64,000 bases of DNA from Candidatus Poribacteria bacterium (GCA_036339735.1 JAYZAL010000088.1:96001-160000); one strand, 5' to 3'. Shown: positions 49,607-61,137, counted from the stretch's first letter. Translations and numbers: made by a program. Notes: generated from the sequence alone by a model not told the origin.

Positions 49607-51205
49607 TTATTGATTAACTAAATTCAGAGCATCAGCACCTAGGCGATCTTCTAATTGTTTAAAATATAAACTCCGTGGTGTTACCTTTTTTCCGTGAGAT
49701 TCCCAATAACCATTCTCGCGTTTGTATCTTCCATCTTTCTTTTTACCAATACACCCAATAGCATAATTTTGTGCAGTCGGTGGACGCTGAATAATAAAAC
49801 TCTCAGCTTCACAGTTCCATAGGACTTTTTGTGCTCCAGCCCATCCATGTCCTGTACCTGAATCTTGCCGATCCTGTACATTTATTGCATTTCCATTCAC
49901 AACCACGTTATCAAACAATGTAGCGACCGACCATCTATGATGTGGTCCTGTATCTGAATGCGCCATGTCAGCAATGCAATATACAAAAGCATTAGGCCCC
50001 GCTACTCGAGAGTGTAGGACATAGTCGTGCCGTCCACGACGAGTGTAACACCTCAAGACCAAAGATAATTGCCCTTGAATAGGAAATGAGTATCGTCTAG
50101 ATCCAATAATTTGTGAAACAGGATCTAAACATTGACTATCCTGAACTGTAATCCACTTACAATCAGGCCCAACAGTCACACACGAATAGCCAAAGTGAAC
50201 CGATGTTACTTGTTTAGCCCAAGCGTTTTTAATTTGAGAAAAAACAACAAAGTTCCAGCCGTGATTTTCATCTATAAATTCTCCTTGTCTACGATGGTCT
50301 TTCTTCTTTTCATCAAACTCCGATACTCCACGTAAATTCTCAATTCCGACCTGCTCAATTCGTTGTAAGTACCTGTACTTATAGATCCATCCACCGCCGT
50401 ATTTACGATCAAATGAGCTGCCCATCGGCGCGTCGATGGTAATTTCGTTACCATTTATTGCAACGATTACTCGATCAAATTTCAAATCATATTTTCCGGG
50501 CTTCCACTGAATGACGCCGGGTTTTATCGATCGAATACGATTCATGCCAATGGATTCAATCCATTCCAAGGTACTTGGCCGGTGAACAATTATTTGATCA
50601 CCGATCATAAAATCTGAAGCGTCGGTTACTGAAAAATTTCTTTTGCCAACTGGAATATATTCGTCAGTAATTATTTGGTGTGTGTGGTGAACCTCACGAG
50701 CTCCACCACTATGGCTAGCGAAATTGATTAGTGTGATTTTTTCCTTTCCAGTGGCAACTAGTACTGTTCCATCCTCATTGTTTCCTTCACCGCGTAAGAC
50801 TACTCCACTGGCTCTTACTTTGAGAGTTCGGCTAATTCGATATGTGCCTTTCTTGAACAATAAAGCTCCACGAAACCCACTGGCATTCATTTCCTTCTGA
50901 GACAGGTCATCAATCTTTGACTGTATCCTTTTTGTATCATCGCCTTCTGCTTGGGGGGCCACTATCATAACCACTGGTACATTCGGTAACGCAACACCGC
51001 CGCCCATATATCCACAATGAGAAAAATCAGGAATTACATTCCCTTTCTCATCAGGTGTGTACACTAATTTTCCATCCTTGTCGGGATAGACCAACCGACT
51101 AAAATTGTTCTCTGGCCACGAAGGTCTAACATGAATATGAAACATTATGAGAACAAAAGAAGAGGTTACTAAAAAAGTGAAAAATTGATTCTTTTCAAAT
51201 TTCAT
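49607..51205 (-). CDS. Secreted pectin-lyase-like beta-helix protein
   Basis: Signal-like N-terminus; PDFSHCGY.GG, DDT.RIQ..ID, L...G.Y.I, SGVVLRGEG, GRHDY, GPH.RW....LFDN, HGW.GA..V.WN, P.SLY..QL. Confidence 0.75.
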   Translation of the reverse strand: MKFEKNQFFTFLVTSSFVLIMFHIHVRPSWPENNFSRLVYPDKDGKLVYTPDEKGNVIPDFSHCGYMGGGVALPNVPVVMIVAPQAEGDDTKRIQSKIDDLSQKEMNASGFRGALLFKKGTYRISRTLKVRASGVVLRGEGNNEDGTVLVATGKEKITLINFASHSGGAREVHHTHQIITDEYIPVGKRNFSVTDASDFMIGDQIIVHRPSTLEWIESIGMNRIRSIKPGVIQWKPGKYDLKFDRVIVAINGNEITIDAPMGSSFDRKYGGGWIYKYRYLQRIEQVGIENLRGVSEFDEKKKDHRRQGEFIDENHGWNFVVFSQIKNAWAKQVTSVHFGYSCVTVGPDCKWITVQDSQCLDPVSQIIGSRRYSFPIQGQLSLVLRCYTRRGRHDYVLHSRVAGPNAFVYCIADMAHSDTGPHHRWSVATLFDNVVVNGNAINVQDRQDSGTGHGWAGAQKVLWNCEAESFIIQRPPTAQNYAIGCIGKKKDGRYKRENGYWESHGKKVTPRSLYFKQLEDRLGADALNLVNQ

Positions 51206-51620
51206 TGACCCAATTTAGATTTTTTGCTTTCCACTAAGTTCGATTAAGTTTGATACCATTTATAGTCTGCAGAATCCAATATCTAAAAAAGAAAATAATT
51301 AGAACTGGATGTGAGTTATGTCATTGTTTTAGGTTCTGTGTAAGAATATACTATTTATGTAATGTTATGCTTTATAGAAATCTATAATCTCTTGTAGTTT
51401 CTGAAGCAGTAGTGGTAACCCTGACAAAAGACTTTAAGTCAAGACCAAAAAGCCAATTCCATTAGAGGAAATCTTTCTTTCTAAATTCAGTCAGACACAC
51501 GCGAACTAGTCATGGATTTAGCATTAATGATCGAAACCAAGATTAAGAATATCAATCCGATTATTAGGATAATACTGCTGCCGAAATAATCTGCTCAATA
51601 AGTTGCCAAGGAAATAGAAT

Positions 51621-53045
51621 ATGTGTGATGAGAATAAAAATCCCAATATCTTAATTATCATGTCCGATGATCAAGGGCCTTGGGCCATGAATTGTGCTGG
51701 TACTACAGAACTCCATACCCCTAGATTAAATCAGCTGGCCAATCAAGGAATTCGATTCGAAAACTTCTTTTGCGCATCACCCGTATGCTCTCCAGCACGA
51801 GCCTCTTTCTTGACCGGTCGTATTCCATCTCAACATGGTATCCATGATTGGATTAAATCTGGAAATATCGATGTAGAAGATAATATCACTTGGAGTGGAG
51901 CTGACCAGCCAATAAATTATTTGTCTGGAATGACTGCATTTACTGATGTTCTTGCTCAAAACGGATACATTTGTGGTCTTTCTGGCAAATGGCATCTTGG
52001 AGATAGCGCCACAGCCCAGAAAAGCCATACTTTTTGGTCTGCTCATTCACTTGGAGGTGATAGCTATACTAATTATTTTGTATTTAATAATAGCCGAGAA
52101 ATGACACTTCAGAAGCAGTACGTAACCGACTTTTTTACTGATCGTGCTATTGATTTTTTGGACGAGTTTGGGCAAAGTGAAAATCCTTTTTGTCTAAGTG
52201 TCCATTATACAGCGCCGCATTCTCCTTGGCGACAAGAAGAGCAGCCATCTGATATATGGAATCTGTATAACGATGTGGCTTTCGATTCTCTACCTTCATT
52301 ACCACCACATGATTGGAATGGGTGGAACCCTAGCCTAGAAAATCGACGTCAGACCATTCAAGGTTACTTCACCACAATCACAGCCATGGATATGGCAATT
52401 GGGCGTATTCTAGACAAATTAGAGGGCCTGGGTATCAGTGAGGATACGCTGATTATTTTTACTAGTGACAATGGATATAACATGGGCCATCACGGAATAC
52501 TTGGAAAAGGAAATGGTACCTATCCACTGAATATGTACGAGGAATCCGTTAAAGTTCCCTTTATCGCTTGCCATCCTGGTCGAATACCACCATCAATAGT
52601 CAATAAAGACTTGCTTAGCCACTACGACTTCATGCCTACTGTACTAGACTATTTGGGCTTGGAGTTACCGCCTGATTTAAATCTACCAGGAAGTAGCTTC
52701 GTTCCAGCTTTAGAGGGTAAAAACCATACTGGGAATCAATCAGTAGCTATTTGTGATGAATATGGGCCGACCCGAATGCTACGTGAGAAAGAATGGAAGT
52801 ATATTCATCGATACCCAGAGGGTCCACATGAACTTTATAACCTAATCGAAGATCCAGAGGAGAACCACAATTTGGTAGGTGTGTCTGGATATCGTGAACC
52901 CCTTATAAGATTACGTGCCGATCTGGAAAAATGGTTTAGTCAGTACGTTGAAGTTGGATTAGATGGAGTAAACCAACCAGTAACTGGAAGAGGACAAATT
53001 GATACCATTGGTATCGATCAAGATGAACAAGTCGCATTTGTTTAA
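51621..53045 (+). CDS. Sulfatase (formylglycine-dependent)
   Basis: PNIL.I.SDDQG, SPVCSPARASFLTG, GKWHLG, Y.APH.P, TSDNG...G.HG, ELY.L..DP.E..N. Confidence 0.93.
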   Translation: MCDENKNPNILIIMSDDQGPWAMNCAGTTELHTPRLNQLANQGIRFENFFCASPVCSPARASFLTGRIPSQHGIHDWIKSGNIDVEDNITWSGADQPINYLSGMTAFTDVLAQNGYICGLSGKWHLGDSATAQKSHTFWSAHSLGGDSYTNYFVFNNSREMTLQKQYVTDFFTDRAIDFLDEFGQSENPFCLSVHYTAPHSPWRQEEQPSDIWNLYNDVAFDSLPSLPPHDWNGWNPSLENRRQTIQGYFTTITAMDMAIGRILDKLEGLGISEDTLIIFTSDNGYNMGHHGILGKGNGTYPLNMYEESVKVPFIACHPGRIPPSIVNKDLLSHYDFMPTVLDYLGLELPPDLNLPGSSFVPALEGKNHTGNQSVAICDEYGPTRMLREKEWKYIHRYPEGPHELYNLIEDPEENHNLVGVSGYREPLIRLRADLEKWFSQYVEVGLDGVNQPVTGRGQIDTIGIDQDEQVAFV

Positions 53046-53390
53046 TCGATTTAATTTCTCTGGTCGGAAAGCAATATTAGCTATTAGATTGAGGGGCTAG
53101 TTAATCTGTTCTAAATCTGTTTGATCAGTTTTAGGATCTACTTTTTTACTTGACGACTCCCAGACTCTTTCGGATTCGATTTCTTTCTGTTTCCGTTTCG
53201 TTATGGAAAGGTGAATACAAAATAGTTTCTGATTTTTGTATTTTCAGTTTAGCCTTAACTTTTACATATGTCTATATCGATAAAGATCGAGATTACTACT
53301 GTACTAACAATGTGGAATTTCTGTTTTTTTAGTAAGGTTTCGATATAAGAAAGATAACAAAGTAAATAATGGAGAACGGAAAAACACTAA

Positions 53391-54857
53391 ATGAAAGTTT
53401 ACCAACTCTATCTTGTCGTAGGATTCTTGACCTTCTTATCTCAATTGTTGACATCGTATGCTGAAAGATACTTGATTTCGTCCCAATCGGATTTCGATCG
53501 ATTGAAAACTAATACGTTTCAACCTAAAGACGTAATCCTATTCAAAAAAGGAGTCCGTTTTACGGGTATGTTTTCACCGGAAGGAAAAGGAATTTCTGGA
53601 TCTCCCATTCGAATAGATGTCTATGGACAGGGGCATCGGCCTCGGATAGATGCCAAAGGAAAGGAAAGAGCTGGTTTGCTTTTACGGAATCCTTCATTTT
53701 GGGAAGTCAATGGGCTGGAAATCACGAATTCCAACGGAACCGATGATGATCAAGGAGAGTTATTTGGCATCTACGTTTTGGCTGACAAGAAGGAAGGAAT
53801 ATACGAACATGTATATATCAATAATTGCTACATCCATAATGTCAATGGGAAAGTAGGTGGAAAGAAGCGTGGGGGTATCCATGTTCATATCAAGAAATTG
53901 AAACGATCGATATTCCACGATCTACGTATCACTAATAACCAGATTTTCCATGTTGGAGGAGTTGGTATAGGCAATTCCTCTTCTTGTGGGAAAATAGAGT
54001 TTAGAAAGTCCGACGAAATCAGTCATTATCTATGGACAAATGTATATGTAGCAGACAATCATGTCGATTTTACAGGACGGAATAATATCATCGCACGTGT
54101 CAGTAAAGACGCAATCTATGAACGTAATATTCTGGCTAATAGTAGCCGATATAGTACTGGTCATAGTATTTTTTGTTTTAACACGAATGGAATCAAGATT
54201 CAATTCAATGAAGCCTATGGTAATGTTGGCGAAGGTGGAATCGATCGTGGTGGGTTTGATGCTGATTACAATTGTGTTAATACATTTATCCAATACAATT
54301 ATAGCCACGATAATCTATGGTTTTGTGGAATTATGAAAAAGAGAAATCGAAATGTAGTTATTCGCTATAATTTAAGCCAAAACGATAAGGAAGGAATCTA
54401 TTTTTATGGATTTGAAAATGAAAAACAAGCTAAGAACATTCACATCTACAACAACACACACTATGTGAAAAAAGGACTAAAGGTCTCCGTTTTTGCTGGA
54501 GATCGAACTCCACTTAACTCACGGTTTGAGAATAATATCTTTTTCTTTGAGGAACAAGGGAAATGGGGCAATAGACTTGAAGAAATCAATACTGTTTTCA
54601 GAAACAACCTCTATTTCAACCTCGAACCTCACGGGTCTGATCCAAACCCTATTAATATAGATCCTAAATTTATCAATGCTGGGCACGCAGGATTCAATAT
54701 TGATCTAGATACGATGGAAGAACTTAATGGGTACAGTCGGAAATTAAGTACTAAGCCTTCTATTAATAATGATGGGGTTGAAATCATAAATAACGGTGGT
54801 CAGAACCTGCTTAAAGAAGAAGTCAAATTAGGCCATCAAGGAATTGGAGCTTTCTGA
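53391..54857 (+). CDS. Secreted right-handed parallel beta-helix protein
   Basis: Signal peptide; P.D.ILFK.G..F.G, PI....YG.G.RP.I, LEITN, N.IH.V.G, IQ.NE.Y, D.GGFD.D....NT.IQYNYSHDN. Confidence 0.8.
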   Translation: MKVYQLYLVVGFLTFLSQLLTSYAERYLISSQSDFDRLKTNTFQPKDVILFKKGVRFTGMFSPEGKGISGSPIRIDVYGQGHRPRIDAKGKERAGLLLRNPSFWEVNGLEITNSNGTDDDQGELFGIYVLADKKEGIYEHVYINNCYIHNVNGKVGGKKRGGIHVHIKKLKRSIFHDLRITNNQIFHVGGVGIGNSSSCGKIEFRKSDEISHYLWTNVYVADNHVDFTGRNNIIARVSKDAIYERNILANSSRYSTGHSIFCFNTNGIKIQFNEAYGNVGEGGIDRGGFDADYNCVNTFIQYNYSHDNLWFCGIMKKRNRNVVIRYNLSQNDKEGIYFYGFENEKQAKNIHIYNNTHYVKKGLKVSVFAGDRTPLNSRFENNIFFFEEQGKWGNRLEEINTVFRNNLYFNLEPHGSDPNPINIDPKFINAGHAGFNIDLDTMEELNGYSRKLSTKPSINNDGVEIINNGGQNLLKEEVKLGHQGIGAF

Positions 54858-55102
54858 GTCTAGACAGGAATATAGGTTAAAATCCTAAGCTAAGTCAGGC
54901 CAAGTATACGATTGAATCAGTTCATGCTTGTTGTTCTAGCAAGGAATTCAGTAAATCTCCCCTCGTTCATAAATATCTCACCAGTTAAAATTAGCCTCTG
55001 TAATACTGTGCCATATGAATATTGACGGTCATAATCTAAACAGATTTTTGGCCCCAAGATTGTGAGTAAAGCCCATACAGGCATAAGGCACAGCCCCAAA
55101 TT

Positions 55103-55139
55103 TCATTGTGAATCTGAGAAACAATATTGTTCACAATGA
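55103..55139. terminator. 10-bp inverted repeat between convergent genes
   Basis: tcattgtgaa (55103-55112) / ttcacaatga (55130-55139). Confidence 0.35.
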
Positions 55140-55287
55140 CAATTAGGAAATTGTGGGTGGAAATTTACCAAAAAAGATTATGATAAGATCTTCCATTCGT
55201 GTATGTTTACCAAATTACGATATCGCTTAATTTTTATCAAAATTGAGAACTAAAGAACAAATAAAGGGAAAAAACAGAACGGAGGTC

Positions 55288-56718
55288 TCAGATCCTGTTG
55301 GCTTCTTCAGGTCCATAAGTACCCGCGTGGTAGTAAAACACATCAGCTTTTCCAGAATCAATTTTTTCAAGAATGGGGGTAAAAATCTCCCAAGAATGGA
55401 TGAGTTCTTCGTAACCAATAAATAGAGTCTTGTCTCCTTGAATTGCATCCAATAGTAGCCTTTCGTAAGCACCCGGCATTGTTTTGTTAAATCCGTCAAC
55501 GTAACTAAAGTCAAGTGCTACGTCCTTCAGTACCATTCCTTTTCCAGGGACTTTGTTAGTTATAAAAAACTTCAAACCTGCATCAGGCTGAACTTCAATA
55601 ACCATCTTATTTGGATGGTGTGGGGACAGAAATATGTCGCCAGGCACCTCCTTAAATTGAATAATGATTTCAGTGGTACTTTTTGTCAGTGCTTTACCGG
55701 CTTGAAGGTAAAATGGTACACCACTCCACCTGTAGTTGTTAATAGCACATTTAATTTTGGCAAATGTTTCTCTTTTGGAGCCACTTGGTACGCTTTCTTC
55801 GTCAGTGTAGCCAACAACTGGTTTCCCGCCACATACACCATGTGTATACTGTCCTAAAATGCAATTCTCTAAAGTAATTTTCTCTATAGATTTAACTGCT
55901 TTATTTTTTTCAGCCATTATGCTCTCACTGTCGTAACTACTTGGTTTCTCCATAGCTACGAGTGCTAAAATCTGTAGGAGGTGATTCTGTATCACGTCTC
56001 GGATAATTCCTGCCCCGTCGAAGTATCCACCACGTGAGCCAATATTTTTATCTTCCTCCCAAGCAACAGTGACTGAATCTATGTAATTCCGGTTCCATAC
56101 AGGTTCGAATATTAGGTTAGCAAATCGCATAACCATAAGATTCATTATTGCTTCTTTCCCCAGATAGTGATCGATACGATAAACTTGACTTTCGTCAAAA
56201 GTTTGATCAAGAGTTTTTCCCAAAGTTCGTGCCGACTCGGTATCATAACCAAAAGGTTTTTCGACAATTACAGATGTTGACAAATCTCCCTTATTGACTG
56301 CGCCACATTCTCTCAGAGAATTAATAACAGGTTCAAAAACTGATGGTGGTATTGACAGATAGTACAAAACATTAGGTTGGCTTGGGAAATCTTTAGAAAT
56401 ACTGTCTAAGACTCTATGGAATTCAATAAAATTATCAACTGAATTGTACTCACCACTATAGTAATGAATGGTGTTTAAAAATTCTTGCAAAAAACCTTCC
56501 ACCCAAAGCGTTTCATCAATACTGTTTTTGAGGTTGTCTTTGACAAGTTCCCTATATTCGTTGTTAGACATTGAAGTTCTTGAATATCCAGAAATTACGA
56601 AGTTATGCGGTAAAGCTCCAGATGTAAATAAGATATATAAAGAAGGCAAAAGCTTAGTTAATGCCAAATTACCCGAAGCTCCGAGAATAACTATTGAACT
56701 AGATTCATTATTAATCAT
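55288..56718 (-). CDS. zwf: Glucose-6-phosphate 1-dehydrogenase
   Basis: GASGNLA, EKPFG.D, YRIDHYLGKE, RGGYFD..G.IRDVIQNHLLQ, RW.GVPF.L.AGK, AYERLL.D. Confidence 0.96.
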   Translation of the reverse strand: MINNESSSIVILGASGNLALTKLLPSLYILFTSGALPHNFVISGYSRTSMSNNEYRELVKDNLKNSIDETLWVEGFLQEFLNTIHYYSGEYNSVDNFIEFHRVLDSISKDFPSQPNVLYYLSIPPSVFEPVINSLRECGAVNKGDLSTSVIVEKPFGYDTESARTLGKTLDQTFDESQVYRIDHYLGKEAIMNLMVMRFANLIFEPVWNRNYIDSVTVAWEEDKNIGSRGGYFDGAGIIRDVIQNHLLQILALVAMEKPSSYDSESIMAEKNKAVKSIEKITLENCILGQYTHGVCGGKPVVGYTDEESVPSGSKRETFAKIKCAINNYRWSGVPFYLQAGKALTKSTTEIIIQFKEVPGDIFLSPHHPNKMVIEVQPDAGLKFFITNKVPGKGMVLKDVALDFSYVDGFNKTMPGAYERLLLDAIQGDKTLFIGYEELIHSWEIFTPILEKIDSGKADVFYYHAGTYGPEEANRI

Positions 56719-57008
56719 ATATTTTTCTATTCAATTATTTAATCTGAGGGTTTGATGTGCATTCATGTGTTAAAAGACACGCTGATACAATAGAATCAGT
56801 AAATTATAACCCACTACAGGACAAGCTTATTATTTTGGTCAATTATGCACGAGTGGTAAAAGAACGAATCAACCTAATGATGAGAACAGCCAATGAGATG
56901 AGACTTGGAATCCAAAAAGGTTAAGCCTATTAGTTTTGATCAGTTCTTCTCTCATCTATACATCAAGAATATAGTGAAGTGGAAAAGAATTTTGAAACAA
57001 TCTTCTTG

Positions 57009-58244
57009 TTAGTAATTACCCAGTGCGGCGATTGCATCAGCAAAGGCTTTTCCGATTTGGCTAACAATTTTAGCAGACCCTAGGTAGTGATAAGCTGCAT
57101 TTGAGACACCAGTTTCCAATATATGGATTTCTTCCGGAGTAAATTCATTGGCCTTGTAATTCTCTAAAATTTCCTCTTGCTCCTCGGGGGTCAGTTTTTT
57201 TTCTTTGCGTAAACTTCTCAAATTTTCTTTTACTTTGTTCATTCTTAGAGAAAGTTCGGCAAGTTGGGAATCCCAATATTTTTCAGTGAGAACAGCCTGA
57301 ACGTTTCCTCTAAATTCTGGTACTAGAGCTGGGGCTGACATGGATTGGCGAAACTCTCTGTGTATATCCGCATATCTCTTCTGATTGGGACCATATTCAG
57401 CTATTGGACCTCCAACCCCCATAACACCAATGATAAAGGGTAGATTTGGTGTCTGAAGGTCTCTCCGTATATCCCGAATGAAATGGGTTAAAGCGTTGGT
57501 ATACTCATCGTATCCACCAGGCTTCCCACGATCCGGATAAGTGCTTTGGTCGACCATGTCATTCCAGCCTTGGAACCAAATAAAACCCGATAACTCATAG
57601 CCTGACACAATGTCATATGCTGGATAGATTCGCTTAATGTTCTTCAATACTTTTTCAATTTGTTTCATCATCAAATGATAATATTTACCGGTTTTTTGCC
57701 TTTGATCAGTCTGGATTTGGCGAATGTCCTTACCTTGACTTCTTAATTTTTTCAGCTGTTTTTCATTGAACTTATAAGGACCAGCACTGGGCGGACGAAA
57801 ATCTGTGTGCAAGGATTTTCCACCCCAAGAAGTCTTAATAAGTAAAACGGGTTTATTAACGTATTTTTGCACATAGATACCAAAGGCGAACTCGGGCCCA
57901 ATCTTGGTACTCGGGCCCGAAGCTCCATATCCTACAGTCAATTTTCCATATTTTTCGTCTTCTAATTTTTCTGTATCAATCGCGGAAATCCAAACATTTT
58001 CGCATACAGTTGGCGTACCATCGGAATTTCTAAATGAATCGAGAATTGAAGCCGAGTCCGGGTCCATTCCCATGTGATCAAGTGTTCTGATATGGGCATG
58101 ACCTTGCATATTCGATTGGCCAGCGAGAATATAAATTTTAAGTTGGCCTGAAACAACTTGTGTAATCGCAGTCAAAAGGATAATTCCAATAATTAGTATA
58201 TGGTAAATGATATTTTTCCGTTGATTATAATATTTTATTATCAA
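57009..58244 (-). CDS. Sialate O-acetylesterase (SASA)/SGNH carbohydrate esterase
   Basis: ILAGQSNMQG, IGPEF.FG, LIKT.WGG.SL..DFRPPS, WFQGWND, YHY.G. Confidence 0.85.
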   Translation of the reverse strand: MIIKYYNQRKNIIYHILIIGIILLTAITQVVSGQLKIYILAGQSNMQGHAHIRTLDHMGMDPDSASILDSFRNSDGTPTVCENVWISAIDTEKLEDEKYGKLTVGYGASGPSTKIGPEFAFGIYVQKYVNKPVLLIKTSWGGKSLHTDFRPPSAGPYKFNEKQLKKLRSQGKDIRQIQTDQRQKTGKYYHLMMKQIEKVLKNIKRIYPAYDIVSGYELSGFIWFQGWNDMVDQSTYPDRGKPGGYDEYTNALTHFIRDIRRDLQTPNLPFIIGVMGVGGPIAEYGPNQKRYADIHREFRQSMSAPALVPEFRGNVQAVLTEKYWDSQLAELSLRMNKVKENLRSLRKEKKLTPEEQEEILENYKANEFTPEEIHILETGVSNAAYHYLGSAKIVSQIGKAFADAIAALGNY

Positions 58245-58264
58245 TTAGCAACCTAAAGCAGAAT

Positions 58265-60433
58265 TTATACTTTTGTCATTCTCCTTAATGAAACGGAACC
58301 AAACATAGAATCTGCATCGTCCTTGGAGATAGTTTCTGTGAATCTCTGATTTGTGACAGAGAGTATGCGAACACGGTAAGCCCCTTTTTGGTAATCAAAA
58401 CTTTTTCCATCATCTTCATAAAGCTGAAATGTTCCATCAGCAATACCGTAATGACGTACTTCTAGATCACGACCTATTGCTTCCTCAGTGTTCATCACAT
58501 CTTGTTTTAGCATAGGTATTAGTGCTCCATCTTTGACGAACAAAGGAATTTTATCGTTTAGCAGTTCAGATTTTACTAATAGAGTTGTATTAGAACCAAC
58601 ATATTGGCCACTATAGAAATCATACCATTTGCCTGGTGGTAAATAAACAGATCGCTCTGTAGATTGGTTTTCGTAAAAAGGTGCAACCATGATGGATGGA
58701 CCAAACATAAACTGGTCCGTTTTTTCGATAATTTTACCCATAGCATAAGGGTCAGTTTCACTGTCAAGTTGGCCATTAATTCTCGTCTCGATTTCAGTAT
58801 TTCCAACATCTTCAAGTATCATAGCCCGAATCGGTGGGACACCGTTAAAATAGTAGTTGGCAAAAGAACTGTATATGTAAGGTAACAAGCGCATCCGAAG
58901 TTGAATAACTCGACGAACCGCGTCTTCCACCTCCGGAAAACTCCAGGGTTGCAAGCCAGTAGCCCATGCATTTAACTTAGCCATGGAAGAGAAACAAACT
59001 GTCTGCATCCGATTTAGCCATTCCCTTGCTGAGGAGGCATTTCTTATCTCAGGGGTCCATAAAATCCCACATAAACTGGCAGATGAAATGCCGGTAATAT
59101 ACTCCTTGTGGTTATACGAGTCACTGTAAATAACAAACGGATACCCGGAGGCTGCTCCATTACTTGAACGCACATTACCATAAGTTCGCTGATTGTTCTG
59201 TTTGAACAAATCCTTGTATAGTAATTCCTGCATTAATAATCCATATGTCTGGCGCATGGTCTCTCCTGAAGTTCCTGAAGGAAATGTTGCATGGTCTGGC
59301 CATAACCAGAAGTCGTATCCATCGACTTCATCCACCTTGTATCCACTGATACCTATTTTCAAATGCTCTGTGGTATGTTGTTGTACCAACATTTGACGGG
59401 CTTGTCTCATGTAATAATCAGGGACCAGTCCCAACCAGACTAAGTGTGAGCCAGAATATGGGTATATTTTTTCGTAAATTCCACTTTCTGGAGAGATATA
59501 AGGGTTGACCCATAAGTTTACGCGCACTCCCCGCTTTCGAAGACGTTCTACAAATGAGAATGGATCTGAAAAGCGAGCCGTCTGCCATTCAAAGGTACAG
59601 GGGTAGGAAGAACTCATCCAACCCGGTTCTAGTCCAATAACATCTAAGGGAAACTGTTTTCTGTTGAAATCACTAATTTCGGACTCAGTTTGATCAGCAT
59701 CAAATGTAGCATGTACACGATGCCAAAACCCCAAACCCCAAAGTGGGGGTAAAGTACCGCCACCACAATAAAGGTTATAACGCTGAACCACGTCTAGCAT
59801 ACTAGTGCCACCGAAAATTATAAGCTCCATACCTTTTCCGATAATGTGAGCTTCCACAGCATCGCCCTGAGGAACAGCTTGCCAAGGGTCTATTGATTCA
59901 GTTCCAGGCACAGGATTTCGGTCAACTGGCAATGGGTTATTCTGTGAATCTTTCCGATTACCTATTTGACAATAGGCTTTCATAAAACGTGCTGTATTAA
60001 AGAACACTCCGTATCCACGACTTGAAATATAAAAAGGAACTGGTGCATGAGTACGCCCATTTCCTTTGCCCCAATGATCTGTATTCAAAGTGAGGACCGT
60101 TTTATTTTTATTCAAACCATCAAATTGGAGCCCAAAACCATAGATATGTTCGTCTGTCTGAGTAGGAATACGGATAGTAATTTTCCCATCGTTATTCTGA
60201 TAAGATGGCCTACAATTTTCAAACGGGAAATCAGCAGGCGAAAGTTCATTTATTCTATCTAATTGAGGAGGTTCTGCGGCTAAACTGATATAACGTTTTT
60301 CACTGTCTATATCTCCGATTTCCGATTTCCATACACCATTAGCAACAGACTGCCAATTCTCAATTAGATTCAGATTTCCAACCTGTTTAGTTATTTCATT
60401 CATAATTTTTCCATATTCCATTGTTCTCAACAA
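58265..60433 (-). CDS. Glycoside hydrolase family 31 (possibly alpha-galactosidase-type clade)
   Basis: IYGFG, PVPF..SS.GYG, LPPLWGLG.W, FPLD, KVDEVD nucleophile region, YSD, R.RLLPYIY, QFMFG....VAP, R.VYLP.G.WYDF, LYEDDG; true start may be ATG 60403. Confidence 0.88.
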   Translation of the reverse strand: MLRTMEYGKIMNEITKQVGNLNLIENWQSVANGVWKSEIGDIDSEKRYISLAAEPPQLDRINELSPADFPFENCRPSYQNNDGKITIRIPTQTDEHIYGFGLQFDGLNKNKTVLTLNTDHWGKGNGRTHAPVPFYISSRGYGVFFNTARFMKAYCQIGNRKDSQNNPLPVDRNPVPGTESIDPWQAVPQGDAVEAHIIGKGMELIIFGGTSMLDVVQRYNLYCGGGTLPPLWGLGFWHRVHATFDADQTESEISDFNRKQFPLDVIGLEPGWMSSSYPCTFEWQTARFSDPFSFVERLRKRGVRVNLWVNPYISPESGIYEKIYPYSGSHLVWLGLVPDYYMRQARQMLVQQHTTEHLKIGISGYKVDEVDGYDFWLWPDHATFPSGTSGETMRQTYGLLMQELLYKDLFKQNNQRTYGNVRSSNGAASGYPFVIYSDSYNHKEYITGISSASLCGILWTPEIRNASSAREWLNRMQTVCFSSMAKLNAWATGLQPWSFPEVEDAVRRVIQLRMRLLPYIYSSFANYYFNGVPPIRAMILEDVGNTEIETRINGQLDSETDPYAMGKIIEKTDQFMFGPSIMVAPFYENQSTERSVYLPPGKWYDFYSGQYVGSNTTLLVKSELLNDKIPLFVKDGALIPMLKQDVMNTEEAIGRDLEVRHYGIADGTFQLYEDDGKSFDYQKGAYRVRILSVTNQRFTETISKDDADSMFGSVSLRRMTKV

Positions 60434-61137
60434 ATATACTCTAGCCTTATGACAAGCGAATTTATGTATGAATGGTTGTACCTAGTAGTTTGTGATTGAA
60501 ACGACGTTTTTTCTTACTTGATAGGAAGTCTTGATGCTCGAAATTTACTTCTTATACCCATTGTCCTAGAACTAGAATTTATTTATTGGTAGTTTCATTC
60601 TATAAATATTATCTATTAATTGAGACATTATAGCTCTTTTACAAAATCACGTTTGCTTACGCCTAGCATTAATATAGATTCTGAGAAGAACCACACCACT
60701 ATACTACACCCAATCCAATTCTTATATTTACAAAAATTGAATTATATCTGCTTATCCATTTGGCTCTTTCATTCTAATGTCGGATTTCCATATTTTTTAT
60801 GTATTCGAAAATATAGAGTACTAATCCGATCCATTACTACGACAGTATTAGAAAGATTAGTACCTTTGTTCCGAATAGTAAGTATCTGTTAAAATAAGTG
60901 AGATAGGATTTGATGTCGGTGGGCATATCACAATGAGCGAACCGAAACTGCAAACAATAAAGTTGAGAGTTTGGAGATCATCATTTTTTATTTTTTGCAT
61001 TTTTTGCATAAAAACACATTCATCAGATACTAGAAAAAATAAATTTTTATTTGGCACTAAGTATACAATTTTTAATATTTACAGCATCTGAGGCTTTTGA
61101 TTCATACAATAAATTTAAGACTTTATAAGGTTAGAAA

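Noticed and set aside
54917-55099. 60-aa minus-strand ORF between the beta-helix gene and zwf
   Set aside because: TTG start, no RBS, no recognisable motif
60620-61057. Two short ORFs in the GH31/PreP divergent spacer
   Set aside because: Very AT-rich, weak starts, composition typical of promoter DNA
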